64,000 nucleotides of DNA, from NCBI GenBank assembly GCA_030647555.1, contig JAUSJG010000013.1, forward strand, positions 12,086-76,085, in the 5' to 3' direction. How positions within the stretch are numbered: position 1 is the first letter of the stretch; each line of letters starts with the position of its first letter. The translations under genes were made by a program, and so were the position numbers. Under the pieces are notes generated by a model that saw nothing but the letters and a program-made list of their open reading frames with translations, ran no database searches and was not told the origin of the DNA. This DNA comes from a bacterium (GTDB lineage: Bacteria; Patescibacteriota; Andersenbacteria; UBA10190; CAIZMI01). Positions 8,199 through 19,400 of this stretch are shown piece by piece.

Positions 8199-9284
8199 AT
8201 GAAGATTATTGAAGCTACAATTACAGACAGAGTAAATTGGGACACGTTTGTTTCAGGTCAACAAAGTGGTTCCTTCCTCCAGTCCTGGCTTTGGGGAGAT
8301 TTTCAAAACGCGGCGGATTTTCGAATAAAACGCTTAATTATTGTTTCGGTGGACGCAATTGGGGCAATTCATGAATTGCCCCTACATGACGAGCGTAATA
8401 ACTGGCTCGCGGTCTGTTTGTTGGTTGAACGGCGGTTGTCTTTTGGAAGAAGTTATTGGTATGCGCCATGGGGGCCGGTTACCAAAGACGGTCTTAATGA
8501 TAGTCAGTATAAACTAGTTTTGCAGGCGTTGCGCGCGCATTTCACAACAAACCGAAATGGTAGTGAAATGTTTTTGCGTATCGAACCGCATCTGCACACA
8601 AGCGAAGTTGGAAAAATTTTGTTGAGTGAGACGAAATTTAATCCGTTGGAAAAAAGTGTCCAACCGAAAGACACGTTGCTCTTAGATCTCACACAAAGCG
8701 AGGATGACTTGCTTCGGCAGATGCACTCCAAGACGCGCTACAACATTCGGATTGCGATCCGGCACGGTGTGACGGTTGCAGAAGAAACCAGCGTCGAGGG
8801 ATTAAAGGTTTTTTATGCAATGGCGCGCGAGATTGAAAGTAAGGGTGAGTTTCATTATCACAAAGAAAAATATTACATGAAAATGTTGGAAGTTTTAGGA
8901 AAAGAACGGGGAGTATCTATAATCGTAGCGCGACACGATGGTGAACCTTTGGCGGCCGGAATTTTTATTAAGTCCGGAAAAACTTTTACCTATGCGCACG
9001 GTGCGTCCTATAAAAAGAAGGCGCATGTGATGGCGCCGCATCTTTTACACTGGGAAGCGATTGTGCAGGCAAAGAAGCAGGGTTTTCAAAGTTATGATTT
9101 TTTCGGCATCGCGCCAAATGAAAATCCAAAACATTCATGGGCGGGGATTAGCAGGTTCAAGCGCGGATTTGGCGGGGCGGAGCAACACTACTTGGGTGCG
9201 TGGGACGCGGTGTTTGATGTAATAGGATATAGAGTGCTTAACAGTGCAAGGGCGCTTAAGAATATCTTTATGGTGAAGAAATAG
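8199..9284 (+). CDS. FemAB-family peptidoglycan interpeptide-bridge aminoacyltransferase
   Basis: FemAB-like pattern incl. HLLHWEAI...YDFFG; adjacent to murE. Confidence 0.7.
   Translation: MKIIEATITDRVNWDTFVSGQQSGSFLQSWLWGDFQNAADFRIKRLIIVSVDAIGAIHELPLHDERNNWLAVCLLVERRLSFGRSYWYAPWGPVTKDGLNDSQYKLVLQALRAHFTTNRNGSEMFLRIEPHLHTSEVGKILLSETKFNPLEKSVQPKDTLLLDLTQSEDDLLRQMHSKTRYNIRIAIRHGVTVAEETSVEGLKVFYAMAREIESKGEFHYHKEKYYMKMLEVLGKERGVSIIVARHDGEPLAAGIFIKSGKTFTYAHGASYKKKAHVMAPHLLHWEAIVQAKKQGFQSYDFFGIAPNENPKHSWAGISRFKRGFGGAEQHYLGAWDAVFDVIGYRVLNSARALKNIFMVKK
8361..8386. repeat. 26-bp palindromic repeat ggggcaattcatgaattgcccctac inside femAB ORF (encodes IGAIHELPLH); identical copy 63554-63579
   Basis: Exact 26-mer match at two loci. 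Confidence 0.7.
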
Positions 9285-9289
9285 GATAT

Positions 9290-9425
9290 TGAATTATCAA
9301 TTTTCAATGATCAATTATCAATTAATTATCAAATTTTAAATTTTCAAATCACGCCAACGTTTTGATAATTTAATCATTGAACATTGATCATTAATTGAAA
9401 ATTGGGAATTGAAAATTGAAAATTT
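9290..9425. repeat. Long AT-rich hairpin (atcaattttcaatgatcaattatcaattaa...); related copy 51716-51830
   Basis: Inverted arms after femAB stop. Confidence 0.5.
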
Positions 9426-9504
9426 ATCAACCACTGGGTACGATGCAGTCAATACAACAACAAGTTGTTGACGATAAACACCAATAATAATATAAAGATT
9501 CATC

Positions 9505-10893
9505 ATGCTTCCCTATAAACTCACCACCTCGAATTTCGTCCGCACCTTGCGTCGGCCTTGGAAAGTGTTTCAGGCGATGATTGCGAATGTGGCTTTTGGT
9601 TTTCCTTCCAGAAAATTGTTAATTGTGGGGATTACGGGAACCACCGGTAAAACAACTTCTATTCATTTAACAGGTAAGGCATTGGAATCGGCGGGTTATA
9701 CGGTTGGTTTAATATCTTCTATTAAGGTGCAAATAGGCACAAAGATTGAAAAGAATGAAAGTGGTTTAACCTCGCTTGGTCCGTGGCAATTGCAAAAACT
9801 TTTGTCCCGCATGGTCTCGGCCGGTTGTCACTATGCCGTAATCGAAGTCTCTTCGCATGCCTTGGACCAATTCCGTTTTTGGGGTGTCGATTTTGACGTC
9901 GCGGCCATTACTAATTTGTCGCGTGACCATCTGGACTATCATCACACGGTGGAAGATTACGCTATGGCCAAACGCCGTCTGTTTCAGGCGGTGGCTAATC
10001 GGCGGGAAAAACGTCTAAAGAATGGGGAATATGTGCCACGCGTTTTGATTGCTTCGCTCGATGACCCTAAAACCGTTGGTTTTTTGAACGAAGACGCGGA
10101 TTTTCGTTACGGGATGTCGCTTTTGGATTCTAGAATTCCAACTCCACCACGAACCGAGCCGGTTTTACTTTACGCGATACGAGTTTTACCGGATCGCACC
10201 ACGGCGATGGTTTTGGCGCGTGGGCATAATTGTCTTTTGTATCTCAAACTTGCCGGCGCGTTTAATGTGCGCAACGCATTGTTGGCGGTTGCTGTCGGTG
10301 TTTCGCAAAATATTCCCGTTGAAAGAATTTCACGAGAATTATATAGTGTGGAATCAATTCCCGGACGTTTTGAAAAAGTGGCGCTAGGGCAGTCGTTTCA
10401 GGTGATCATTGATTACGCCGTGACGGAATCGGCCTTGCAAGCACTTTACAGTGCCATTACAACAATCCGCGCCCGTCGGGTTTTTGCGATTTTTGGCGCT
10501 TGTGGAAATAGGGATCGCGGAAAACGCGCGGGGATGGCAAAGATTGTTGCAAAGCACGCGGATGTTACTTTTTTAACCAATGAAGATCCATTCTCGGAAG
10601 ATCCGGAACAAATTTTTTATGAATTGGAAAAAGGTTTGTTGGAAGGTGGCGCCGTGCGCGTTGATGTTAACAAATTAAATAATATTGCCCCAGGGCAACA
10701 TGTGTATGTAAAAATTGTCGATCGTCGTGAAGCGATTGCGACGGCGGTGAAAGCCGCGCAAGTGGGTGACTGCATTGTGGCAACAGGGAAGGGTTCGGAA
10801 GAAGTGATGCACTTGGGCGACAAAAATATTCCTTGGAACGAGAGACAAATCTTCGAAGAGGAAATTCGCAAGGTACTTAATGTTAGTAAGTAA
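9505..10893 (+). CDS. murE: UDP-N-acetylmuramoyl-tripeptide ligase MurE
   Basis: GITGTTGKTT P-loop, NLSRDHLDYH, LTNEDPFSEDP (DNPRxEDP-like) motif. Confidence 0.8.
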   Translation: MLPYKLTTSNFVRTLRRPWKVFQAMIANVAFGFPSRKLLIVGITGTTGKTTSIHLTGKALESAGYTVGLISSIKVQIGTKIEKNESGLTSLGPWQLQKLLSRMVSAGCHYAVIEVSSHALDQFRFWGVDFDVAAITNLSRDHLDYHHTVEDYAMAKRRLFQAVANRREKRLKNGEYVPRVLIASLDDPKTVGFLNEDADFRYGMSLLDSRIPTPPRTEPVLLYAIRVLPDRTTAMVLARGHNCLLYLKLAGAFNVRNALLAVAVGVSQNIPVERISRELYSVESIPGRFEKVALGQSFQVIIDYAVTESALQALYSAITTIRARRVFAIFGACGNRDRGKRAGMAKIVAKHADVTFLTNEDPFSEDPEQIFYELEKGLLEGGAVRVDVNKLNNIAPGQHVYVKIVDRREAIATAVKAAQVGDCIVATGKGSEEVMHLGDKNIPWNERQIFEEEIRKVLNVSK

Positions 10894-10920
10894 AAAAGTA
10901 GTTCGTCTAGAAACAGATTT

Positions 10921-10999
10921 GTATATTGTATTTGGTATATAGTATATGAATGTCACGGGGCTTGGTTTTCCCATATACTACATACAATATACTATATAC
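10921..10999. repeat. AT-rich inverted-repeat element (gtatattgtatttggtatatagtatatg ... catatactacatacaatatactatatac); copies at 30581-30648, 30996-31075, 48721-48770
   Basis: Shared 28-bp arm sequence at four loci. Confidence 0.6.
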
Positions 11000-11056
11000 T
11001 TTTATCTTCCCTCATACGGATTATCTTTTTGCAATTAAAAGCTCATAATTCATTTT

Positions 11057-11446
11057 ATGTTTTATCTTTTGATCGACACAACAACAAAGACAGTAAAAAT
11101 TGGTCTTGCTGAAAATGGTGTAGTTTTCGCGTCCGATTCTTGGTTTGCTCTGCAAGAGCTCGCGGAAAATCTGACGGAAAAAATTGAAGCACTTTTAAAA
11201 AATAACGGGAAAACTTTACAACAACTGGAAAAAATTCTGGTGCACAGTGGTCCGGGTGGATTTTCTTCGTTACGGATTGGAGTAACCGAAGCCAATGTGT
11301 TGGCGTTCGGGCTGGGTGTCCCTGTGTGGGGAATCGAAGGAGAATTTTCAGAGTTAGTGGATATGTTGGGGAAAAGTCGTAGTAATGAAGGGTCAACCGT
11401 GTTACCAAAATATAGTCATCCACCGTTGATTGGAGTGCGGAAATAG
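11057..11446 (+). CDS. tsaB: tRNA threonylcarbamoyladenosine biosynthesis protein TsaB (short form)
   Basis: LLIDTTTKTVKIGL...SGPGGFSSLRIGVTEANVLAFGLGVPVWGIE Kae1/YeaZ N-terminal pattern. Confidence 0.7.
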   Translation: MFYLLIDTTTKTVKIGLAENGVVFASDSWFALQELAENLTEKIEALLKNNGKTLQQLEKILVHSGPGGFSSLRIGVTEANVLAFGLGVPVWGIEGEFSELVDMLGKSRSNEGSTVLPKYSHPPLIGVRK

Positions 11447-11460
11447 ATTATAATAGGGAC

Positions 11461-11748
11461 ATGACTGACGAGATTAAAAACATATCGGCGCAGATAACGC
11501 CGTTGCTAAAAAATGCCGGGGTAATTCGGTCGGCGATTTTTGGTTCTCGCGCAACAGGGAATGTTTACAAGGATAGTGATTTGGATTTGTTGGTGGAATT
11601 TGGCTCAAAAAAAACTCTCTTGGATTTGTCTTCATTAAAAAGAAATTTGGAAGCGAAACTAAATATGTCGGTGGATTTGCTGACCTTTCGTTCGCTTAAT
11701 TCTCGATTGCGAAAAAAAGTCGAAAAAGAAGCGGTAGATATATTGTAA
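11461..11748 (+). CDS. Nucleotidyltransferase (MNT-type antitoxin)
   Basis: FGSRATGNVYKDSDLDLLV Pol-beta NTase motif. Confidence 0.75.
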   Translation: MTDEIKNISAQITPLLKNAGVIRSAIFGSRATGNVYKDSDLDLLVEFGSKKTLLDLSSLKRNLEAKLNMSVDLLTFRSLNSRLRKKVEKEAVDIL

Positions 11749-11749
11749 G

Positions 11750-12082
11750 ATGGCAAAGGATATACAAATTCTCCTTGGTTATATCTTGGACAGTGTTGAG
11801 GAATTGGAAAAACATGTGACTGATTTGAGTCACGAAGATTTTTTGCAATCAACACTTGTACAAGACGCAGTGATGCGTCGGTTGGAAATTATCGGCGAAG
11901 CGGTTAATAATCTTCCGGATAAATTAAAAGCAGATAATTCTGAAATTCCATGGCGCGATATAGCGGACATGCGCAATCTGCTGATTCACGAATATTTTGG
12001 CGTCGATATTGAGTTAGTCTGGGAAACCGTTCAAAAAGACATTCCACCGCTAAAGAAAAAGATTCAAGAACTGCAAAAATAG
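11750..12082 (+). CDS. HepT-like HEPN (DUF86) toxin
   Basis: RNLLIHEYFGVDIELVW Rx4HxY motif; 1-nt gap from MNT gene. Confidence 0.75.
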   Translation: MAKDIQILLGYILDSVEELEKHVTDLSHEDFLQSTLVQDAVMRRLEIIGEAVNNLPDKLKADNSEIPWRDIADMRNLLIHEYFGVDIELVWETVQKDIPPLKKKIQELQK

Positions 12083-12204
12083 GGTAAACAAGCCCTGTGT
12101 GTAACTCTGGGGATAACCCTGTGGATTTGTTGTATAGAAGTGGCATTGTGTGATGATTTCTGGAGAATACGGCAGGAAATAGGCCTTCGCTCATTTGTGA
12201 TATA

Positions 12205-12612
12205 ATGCAACCCATGATTAAGAAACGGGTAATTGTGCGAGCGGTTATTAGTGTTTTTTTTGGCGTTTTGATTGGTTGGAACCTTGTGCGGGAGATTGGT
12301 TTGGTTGGGGCCTGGATTGATGGTTTGTTGTTTGGAGCATGGGTCTGGTTTTTTTCAATAGTTCTTTTTGGTCTTTATCCTCCCTCGGTCAAAATCACAG
12401 CAAAAAAAATTATCCAACTATCATTAATGGTCGGTATTCCAATTGCTTTATATGTGTTCGTATTGTTTTGGTATTCTCTCGGATCATGGAAATTTGCCAT
12501 ATTAATGGGGGTATTTATTGGTTGCCTAAGCGCAATATTTGGCATCGGTTTTGCCTTTTTAGTTCGTCATGTGCAGATGGATCCAGCACATAAGAAATAT
12601 TATCTAGAATAA
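12205..12612 (+). CDS. Hypothetical membrane protein (4 predicted TM helices)
   Basis: Hydrophobic segments. Confidence 0.45.
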   Translation: MQPMIKKRVIVRAVISVFFGVLIGWNLVREIGLVGAWIDGLLFGAWVWFFSIVLFGLYPPSVKITAKKIIQLSLMVGIPIALYVFVLFWYSLGSWKFAILMGVFIGCLSAIFGIGFAFLVRHVQMDPAHKKYYLE

Positions 12613-12662
12613 TATTTTTTTCTGAAGCTTATATCAACAACGTTTCTGATTGCTCTGGTGGT

Positions 12663-12672
12663 GGGGGGGGGG
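12663..12672. repeat. G10 homopolymer tract in rpoB upstream region
   Basis: Read directly: ggtggtgggggggggggctc. Confidence 0.8.
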
Positions 12673-13053
12673 CTCAAAGCATCTATTCCCGGGATACTTG
12701 TCCACACCTGTTGACAGGATTTCAGGGTTGATTTATAAAGATAGCAGTGTTTCAAGATCTTGGGGTGTCCACTATAGAATCTCGCATAAAATAGCCCGCG
12801 AAAATTAAAATATGCGGTGCTGGTGTATCTTTGTTGACGTTTTTCGTTAAATATGATGAACTGTCAGGAAAGATATCCACAATCTGCGGGTTCTTATTTA
12901 CACCACCAAAATCTTCAAGATTTCCTCTCCCGAGGTTCTCCTAAGTCTTGTACAAAATAATAAGTGGCAAAATCCTCAAAGCAAAAACTAGAAGATCGAA
13001 AAGAACACCATAAGAAATGGCAGGTTTCTTCGTCACCAGTAGATTCGGGAAAC

Positions 13054-16000
13054 ATGATGTCCCGCAAGTTTTTCACGAAGACCTATGATGTCGCGTCCGC
13101 CCCCCAACTGATTGAAACGCAACTCAATTCATATCGTTGGTTTTTGGAAGCGGGTTTGCCGGAACTGTTTGAAGAATTTAATCCAATCGAAGCGCACGCC
13201 GGTGCGATGTCTTTGGAATTTTTGGACTACTATTTGGATGAACCGAAACATACGGAAAAAACTTCCAAGGATCGCAACTCTACATTGGAAGCGCCAATTC
13301 GCGTGGCGGTGCGTTTGACCAATAAAAAGACCGGTGAAGTAAAAGAACAAGAAGTTTATCTCGGAGAATTTCCGGTGATGACCAATCGCGGTACTTTTAT
13401 TGTAAATGGTGTCGAACGTGTCGTAGTTTCACAATTAATACGCTCTCCGGGCGTATTTTTTACCTCTAATTTTACGCGCGGTCGTAATTGGTATGGCGCG
13501 AAAGTGATCCCAAATCGCGGGGCTTGGTTGGAAATTGAAACCGGCGCGGATGGCGTGTTGTATGTAAAAATTGATCGCCGTCGCAAAGTGGTGGCGACTG
13601 CTTTGATGCGCGCGTTTGGTTATGGTGATGATGATTCAATTCGTAATGCTTTAAAAGAAACCGACACCGATCCGGACATGTCGTTTGTGGATGCGTCGTT
13701 GGCGAAAGATCCTTCCCACAACGAAGCGGAAGGTTTGAAAGAAGTTTATAAGAAGATTCGTCCGGGTGATTTGGCCACCACTGATAATGCCCGTCAAATG
13801 GTGGAAGATATGTTCTTCCGTTTCGACCGTTACGATTTTGGACGTGTCGGTCGTTACAGAATGAATAATCGTTTGGGTTTGAATTTTTCCGAAGCGCAAG
13901 AAACTCGCACGCTCCAAAAAGAAGATTTGGTGGCGATCTTGAAAGAAGTGATTCGTTTGAACGTGACGCAAGAAATTGCCGATGATATCGATCATTTGGG
14001 CAATCGTCGCGTGCGCGCTGTAGGCGAATTGATTCAAAACAAATTCCGTGTTGGACTCCAGCGCATGAAGCGTATCGCGCAAGACCGTATGAGTACGATG
14101 GATCCAAACACCGTTACACCTTCTCAACTGATCAATGCTCGTCCGATTATTGCGGCAATTAAGGAGTTCTTCACGAGCTCGCAGTTGTCACAGTTCATGG
14201 ATCAAACCAACCCATTGTCCGAATTGGAACATAAGCGTCGTTTGTCCGCGATGGGTCCCGGTGGTTTGGCTCGCGAACGCGCCGGTTTTGAAGTTCGTGA
14301 CGTCCACTATTCTCACTACGGTCGTATTTGTCCAATTGAAACTCCAGAAGGTCCAAACATTGGTTTGGTCGGTCACATGGCCTCGTTTGCCCGCGTGAAT
14401 GATTATGGTTTCTTAGAAACCCCGTACCAAAAAGTTTCTCACGTTTTGCCACTCGACAAAGCGGAAGGGGAAGAGGCTTGGGTTGATATTGTTAGCAAAG
14501 ACGAAAAAGTAATTATCCCAGGGAGGACGAAAATTACCGCCGTCCATATCAAAGCTTTGGAAACGGCAGGAATGACTGATGTTCGCGTGAAACCACGGGT
14601 TACGAAAGAAGTTGAATATATTGATGCTAACAAAGAAGATCGCACAGCGATCGCGCACGCCGCCGAACCGGTTGGTGCCGATGGTCACTTTGTAAACGAT
14701 CGCGTGGAAGCGCGTGATCATGGACAATTTAGAGAAGTGGCCATCGATAAAGTTGATTACGTTGATATTTCCGCGATCCAACCAATTTCCGTCGCTTCCG
14801 CTTTGATTCCGTTTATTGAACACGATGATGCCCAGCGCGCACTCATGGGATCAAACATGCAACGTCAGGCTGTGTCTTGTATCAAACCAAGTTCTCCTGT
14901 TGTTGGTACCGGTATGGAACGTCGCGCGGCTTTTGATTCCGGTCACGTGGTAATCTGTCAGGCCGATGGCACAGTCGCCGAAGTGGACGGCGCTCACATT
15001 AGCGTTTTAGAAGATGGTGGTAATGTTCGCACCTATCCTTTGCAGGCTTTTGTAAGATCAAATACGTCCACCTCGATGACCCAACACCCGCGAATTAACA
15101 AGGGTGACAAAGTTAAGCGTGGTGACGCATTAGCCGACGGTGCTTCAATTGAGGGCGGAGAATTGGCCTTAGGTCAAAACCTATTGGTGGCGCTTGTGCC
15201 GTGGCGTGGTGGTAATTTCGAAGATGCCATCTTGATTTCCAGTCGCGTTGTTGAAGATGATTGGTTTACCTCTATTCACATTGAAGATTTTACGATTGAA
15301 GTGCGCGACACAAAACTCGGTCCGGAAGTGGTAACGCGCGATATTCCAAACGTCGGTGAAGAAAAACTCCGCAATTTGGATGAAGACGGCATTATCCGCA
15401 TCGGCGCGGAAGTGTCTTCCGGTGATATCTTGGTCGGCAAAATTACGCCAAAGGGTGAAACCGATTTGACGGCCGAAGAAAGATTGTTAAGAGCCATCTT
15501 CGGCGAAAAAGCACGCGACGTGAAAGACACTTCTCTCTACTTGCAACACGGTGAACACGGCAAAGTCGTTGGCATTAGAATTTTCGATCGCGACAAGGGT
15601 GACAAATTGCCATCCGGCGCCATTCAACAAGTGCAGGTAAGCGTCGCGCAACTCCGCAAATTACAGGTCGGTGACAAGTTGGCCGGTCGTCACGGAAACA
15701 AGGGTGTTATTTCTCGCATTGTGCCGGAAGAAGATATGCCGTATCTCGAAGACGGTACGCCGGTTGATATTGTTTTGAATCCGATGGGTGTGGCTTCCCG
15801 TATGAATCTCGGTCAGATTTTGGAAACCCACTTGGGTTGGGCCGCGCAGAAACTCGGCTACAAGGTCGCATCGCCTCCGTTTAACGGTGTTTCGGAAGAA
15901 ATTATCAAGCAAGAATTGGTCAAAGCCGGGTTACCGGAAAGTGGACAGGTTAAGTTAATGGACGGCGTAACCGGCGAACCTTTTGATCGTCCGGTCACGG

Positions 16001-16449
16001 TCGGTATTATGTACATCTTGAAACTGCATCATTTGGTGGAAGATAAGATTCATATGCGTTCCACCGGTCCGTACTCGTTGGTTACACAACAGCCGTTGGG
16101 TGGTAAAGCACAGAGCGGTGGTCAGCGTTTTGGAGAAATGGAAGTGTGGGCACTCGAAGCTTATGGTGCCGCTTACACCCTGCAAGAAATGTTGACGATT
16201 AAATCTGATGACGTGTTAGGTCGTTCCCGAACATACGAAGCAATCGTGAAGGGTGAAGAAATTCGTCCACCAAATATTCCCGCTTCCTTTGATGTATTGG
16301 TGCGTGAATTGAAAGGTTTGGCACTGGATGTTGAAATCGAAACCAGCACGCCAGCCGTAAAAGAAAGTGACAACGATGTTGATGGTGAAGGGGACGCGCG
16401 GACAAAAACGCCGACCCGCACCATTCGCACCGATAACTCAGGCGAATAA
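13054..16449 (+). CDS. rpoB: DNA-directed RNA polymerase subunit beta
   Basis: Full-length RpoB conservation (N-terminal MMSRKFFTKTYDV...QLNSY; catalytic regions); start moved to 13054 from ORF-track 12964. Confidence 0.97.
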   Translation: MMSRKFFTKTYDVASAPQLIETQLNSYRWFLEAGLPELFEEFNPIEAHAGAMSLEFLDYYLDEPKHTEKTSKDRNSTLEAPIRVAVRLTNKKTGEVKEQEVYLGEFPVMTNRGTFIVNGVERVVVSQLIRSPGVFFTSNFTRGRNWYGAKVIPNRGAWLEIETGADGVLYVKIDRRRKVVATALMRAFGYGDDDSIRNALKETDTDPDMSFVDASLAKDPSHNEAEGLKEVYKKIRPGDLATTDNARQMVEDMFFRFDRYDFGRVGRYRMNNRLGLNFSEAQETRTLQKEDLVAILKEVIRLNVTQEIADDIDHLGNRRVRAVGELIQNKFRVGLQRMKRIAQDRMSTMDPNTVTPSQLINARPIIAAIKEFFTSSQLSQFMDQTNPLSELEHKRRLSAMGPGGLARERAGFEVRDVHYSHYGRICPIETPEGPNIGLVGHMASFARVNDYGFLETPYQKVSHVLPLDKAEGEEAWVDIVSKDEKVIIPGRTKITAVHIKALETAGMTDVRVKPRVTKEVEYIDANKEDRTAIAHAAEPVGADGHFVNDRVEARDHGQFREVAIDKVDYVDISAIQPISVASALIPFIEHDDAQRALMGSNMQRQAVSCIKPSSPVVGTGMERRAAFDSGHVVICQADGTVAEVDGAHISVLEDGGNVRTYPLQAFVRSNTSTSMTQHPRINKGDKVKRGDALADGASIEGGELALGQNLLVALVPWRGGNFEDAILISSRVVEDDWFTSIHIEDFTIEVRDTKLGPEVVTRDIPNVGEEKLRNLDEDGIIRIGAEVSSGDILVGKITPKGETDLTAEERLLRAIFGEKARDVKDTSLYLQHGEHGKVVGIRIFDRDKGDKLPSGAIQQVQVSVAQLRKLQVGDKLAGRHGNKGVISRIVPEEDMPYLEDGTPVDIVLNPMGVASRMNLGQILETHLGWAAQKLGYKVASPPFNGVSEEIIKQELVKAGLPESGQVKLMDGVTGEPFDRPVTVGIMYILKLHHLVEDKIHMRSTGPYSLVTQQPLGGKAQSGGQRFGEMEVWALEAYGAAYTLQEMLTIKSDDVLGRSRTYEAIVKGEEIRPPNIPASFDVLVRELKGLALDVEIETSTPAVKESDNDVDGEGDARTKTPTRTIRTDNSGE

Positions 16450-16478
16450 GTAAATTTGTTAACTATCTTATTATCTAA

Positions 16479-19400
16479 ATGGCCCAATTTCAAGAACAAG
16501 AAGCGTTGGATTTCGAGGCGGTAAAGCTTAAGCTTGCCAGCCCGGAAGTTATGCACGAGTGGTCCCACGGCGAAGTTACCAAGCCGGAAACCATTAATTA
16601 TCGCACGCAAAAACCGGAACGCGATGGCTTGTTTGATGAACGCATTTTTGGGCCGGTAAAAGACTGGGAATGTTATTGCGGTAAATATCGTCGCATTCGT
16701 TACAAGGGAATTATTTGTGACAAATGTGGTGTTGAAGTTACTCGTTCCATTGTTCGTCGTGAGCGCATGGGTCACATTGATTTGGCCTCTCCTGTTGCTC
16801 ACATCTGGTTCTTGCGCGGTATTCCGTCTAAGGTTGGTTTGCTTTTGGATATTAATGTTCAACAATTGGAAAAAGTTGTTTATTTTGCTTCTTATATTAT
16901 CACCTCCGTTGATGAAGACGCTCGTAAGGAAATTGGCAATCGCATCGAACGGGAAATTAAGACCAAGCGTGAAGAAGTAACCAGAGTTTACAAACAATCC
17001 GAAGACGTTATTCGTCAAACTGCGGCTACGAAATTGAAAGATATTTCCGACGAAAAAATTCGCAAAGAAACCGAAACGAAACTGGATAAAGAATTGAAAG
17101 CGAAAGAACTGGAACGCGAAGAAGAACTGCAAAAACTCGAAAAAGCCGGTCAACGGGCGCGTGAAGAATTAAGCGTGTTAAAGCCGTTGCAAATTGTTTC
17201 CGAAGTGGAATATCGCAGTTTATCGATGAAATACGGCCATGTTTTCTCCGCCGGTATCGGTGCCGAAGTGTTGCGTCAAATTTGTGAACATATTGATCTT
17301 GGAAAATTGGCCAAACAATTGGAAGGCGATTTGGCGGACGCCGGTGCGGCCAAGCGCAAGCGCGCGGTAAAACGTTTGTCTTTGGTGCGCAGTTTCTCTC
17401 GTGGCAAAATTCGTCCCGAATGGATGTTCTTAACGGCAATCCCTGTTATCCCACCGGATTTGCGCCCAATGGTGCAGTTGGATGGTGGTCGTTTTGCCGC
17501 CTCCGATTTGAATGATTTGTATCGTCGCGTAATCAACCGCAATAATCGCTTGCGTCGCCTTATTGAGATGGGTGCGCCGGAAGTAATTATGCGCAATGAA
17601 AAGCGTATGCTTCAGGAAGCGGTTGATGCTTTGATTGATAACAATGCGCGTCGCGGTTCAACCACCGCCGCCGCCGTTGGTCAACGTCGTCAATTAAAGT
17701 CATTGGCCGATATGTTGAAAGGTAAACAAGGTCGTTTCCGTCAGAACCTGCTTGGAAAGCGTGTTGATTATTCCGGTCGTTCCGTCATTGTTGTCGGTCC
17801 GCACTTGCGTTTGCATCAATGTGGTTTGCCGAAATTAATGGCACTCGAGCTTTTCAAACCGTTTGTTATTCATGAATTGGTAAAGCGCGGATTGGCGCAC
17901 AATATTCGTTCGGCATCGCGTCTTATCGAACAGGGAATTCCGGAAGTGTGGGATTCACTGGAAGACGTGACGCGAACACACAAAGTAATGTTGAATCGTG
18001 CGCCAACCTTGCATCGCCTGGGTATTCAGGCTTTCCAGCCGGTTTTGATTGAAGGTAAAGCCATTCAGATTCATCCGATGGTTTGTCCGCCATTCAATGC
18101 TGATTTCGACGGTGATCAAATGGCCGTGCACGTTCCGCTTTCTACTCCGGCGCGAAAAGAAGCGAACGACATTATGTTGGCTTCCAAGAACTTACTTAAG
18201 CCGTCCGATGGTGAGCCGGTAACAGGCGCTTCACAGGACGTGGTTTTGGGTCTCTACTATGGTTCCCGTATTTCCGATGGCGCGAAAGGCGAAGGTCATG
18301 TGTTTGGTTCTCCGGCCGAAGCAATTTTCTCTTACGATTCCAATTATATTGCCATTAACGCCAAAATTAAGGTTCGTTTGAATGCCAAGAGCAATGAATT
18401 AACCGAAACAACTGCCGGTAGAATTTTGTTTAACGAAATTTTGCCAAAAGGTGCCGAGTTTGTGAATGAAGTATTCGACAAGAAGCGTCTCAAAGCATTG
18501 TTGGGTGAAATTCTTGCCACTTTCGGTACCGAGCAAGCCGCCGAGTTTATCGATCGGATGAAAGATCTTGGCTTTAGTTTTGCCACTCGTTCCGGTTCTT
18601 CTTGGGGAATGAACGATTTGCACACGCCGGAAGGCAAGCACGCCATTATCGAAAGTTCGGAAAAAGAAATTGAACAGATTCGTGAACAATTTGAAACAGG
18701 TTTGCTTACCGACGAAGAACGCTATGTAAAGACCATTGAAATTTGGGAAAGTGCCAAGAATAAAATTACCGAATTGGTGCAAAAATCTTTACAGCCCTCC
18801 CAGAGTGTTTATCAGATGGTGTTCTCCGGCGCCCGTGGATCAGTTGGTCAGGTTACGCAGATGATGGGTATGAAAGGTTTGGTTATTTCTCCTACCGGTC
18901 GTACCAACGAATTGCCAATCAAGTCTTCCTTCAAAGAAGGGTTTAACGTTTTGGAGTATTTCACCAGTACGCACGGCACTCGCAAAGGTATGGCTGATAC
19001 CGCGCTTCGTACCGCAACGGCCGGCTACCTTACTCGTCGCTTGGTAAACGTCGCCCAGGATATCGTGATTCGTGAAAAGGATTGTGGTGATACGGTTGGT
19101 CGCATCATTTCCAAGAAACATTCTCAAGATATGGGCACAACTTTACTTCGCAGAATTCGCGGTCGTTTCGTCGCCAAAGACGTTGTAGATGAAAAAACCG
19201 GGGAAGTGTTGGTAAAAAAAGGCACACTTATCAACCGTGAACAGGCCAAACAGATTGATGCCGCTTCTGTTCCTGAAGTAATCATTCGTTCCGTCTTATC
19301 CTGCAAAACGCTCCGTGGTATTTGTCAAAAATGTTATGGCTGGGATTTGGGTTCCAACGCGATGATCAATATGGGTGAGGCCGCCGGTATTGTGGCCGCG

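Noticed and set aside
12964-13053. N-terminal extension of rpoB from the GTG at 12964 (MAKSSKQKLEDRKEHHKKW...)
   Set aside because: The conserved RpoB N-terminus begins at MMSRKFFTKTYDV (ATG 13054). The extension has no counterpart in RpoB and looks like leader sequence.
16173-17153. 326-aa ORF on the minus strand across the rpoB-rpoC junction
   Set aside because: It is antisense to rpoB and rpoC. The translation is low-complexity and Phe/Asn-rich, typical of reverse-frame read-through in AT-rich DNA.
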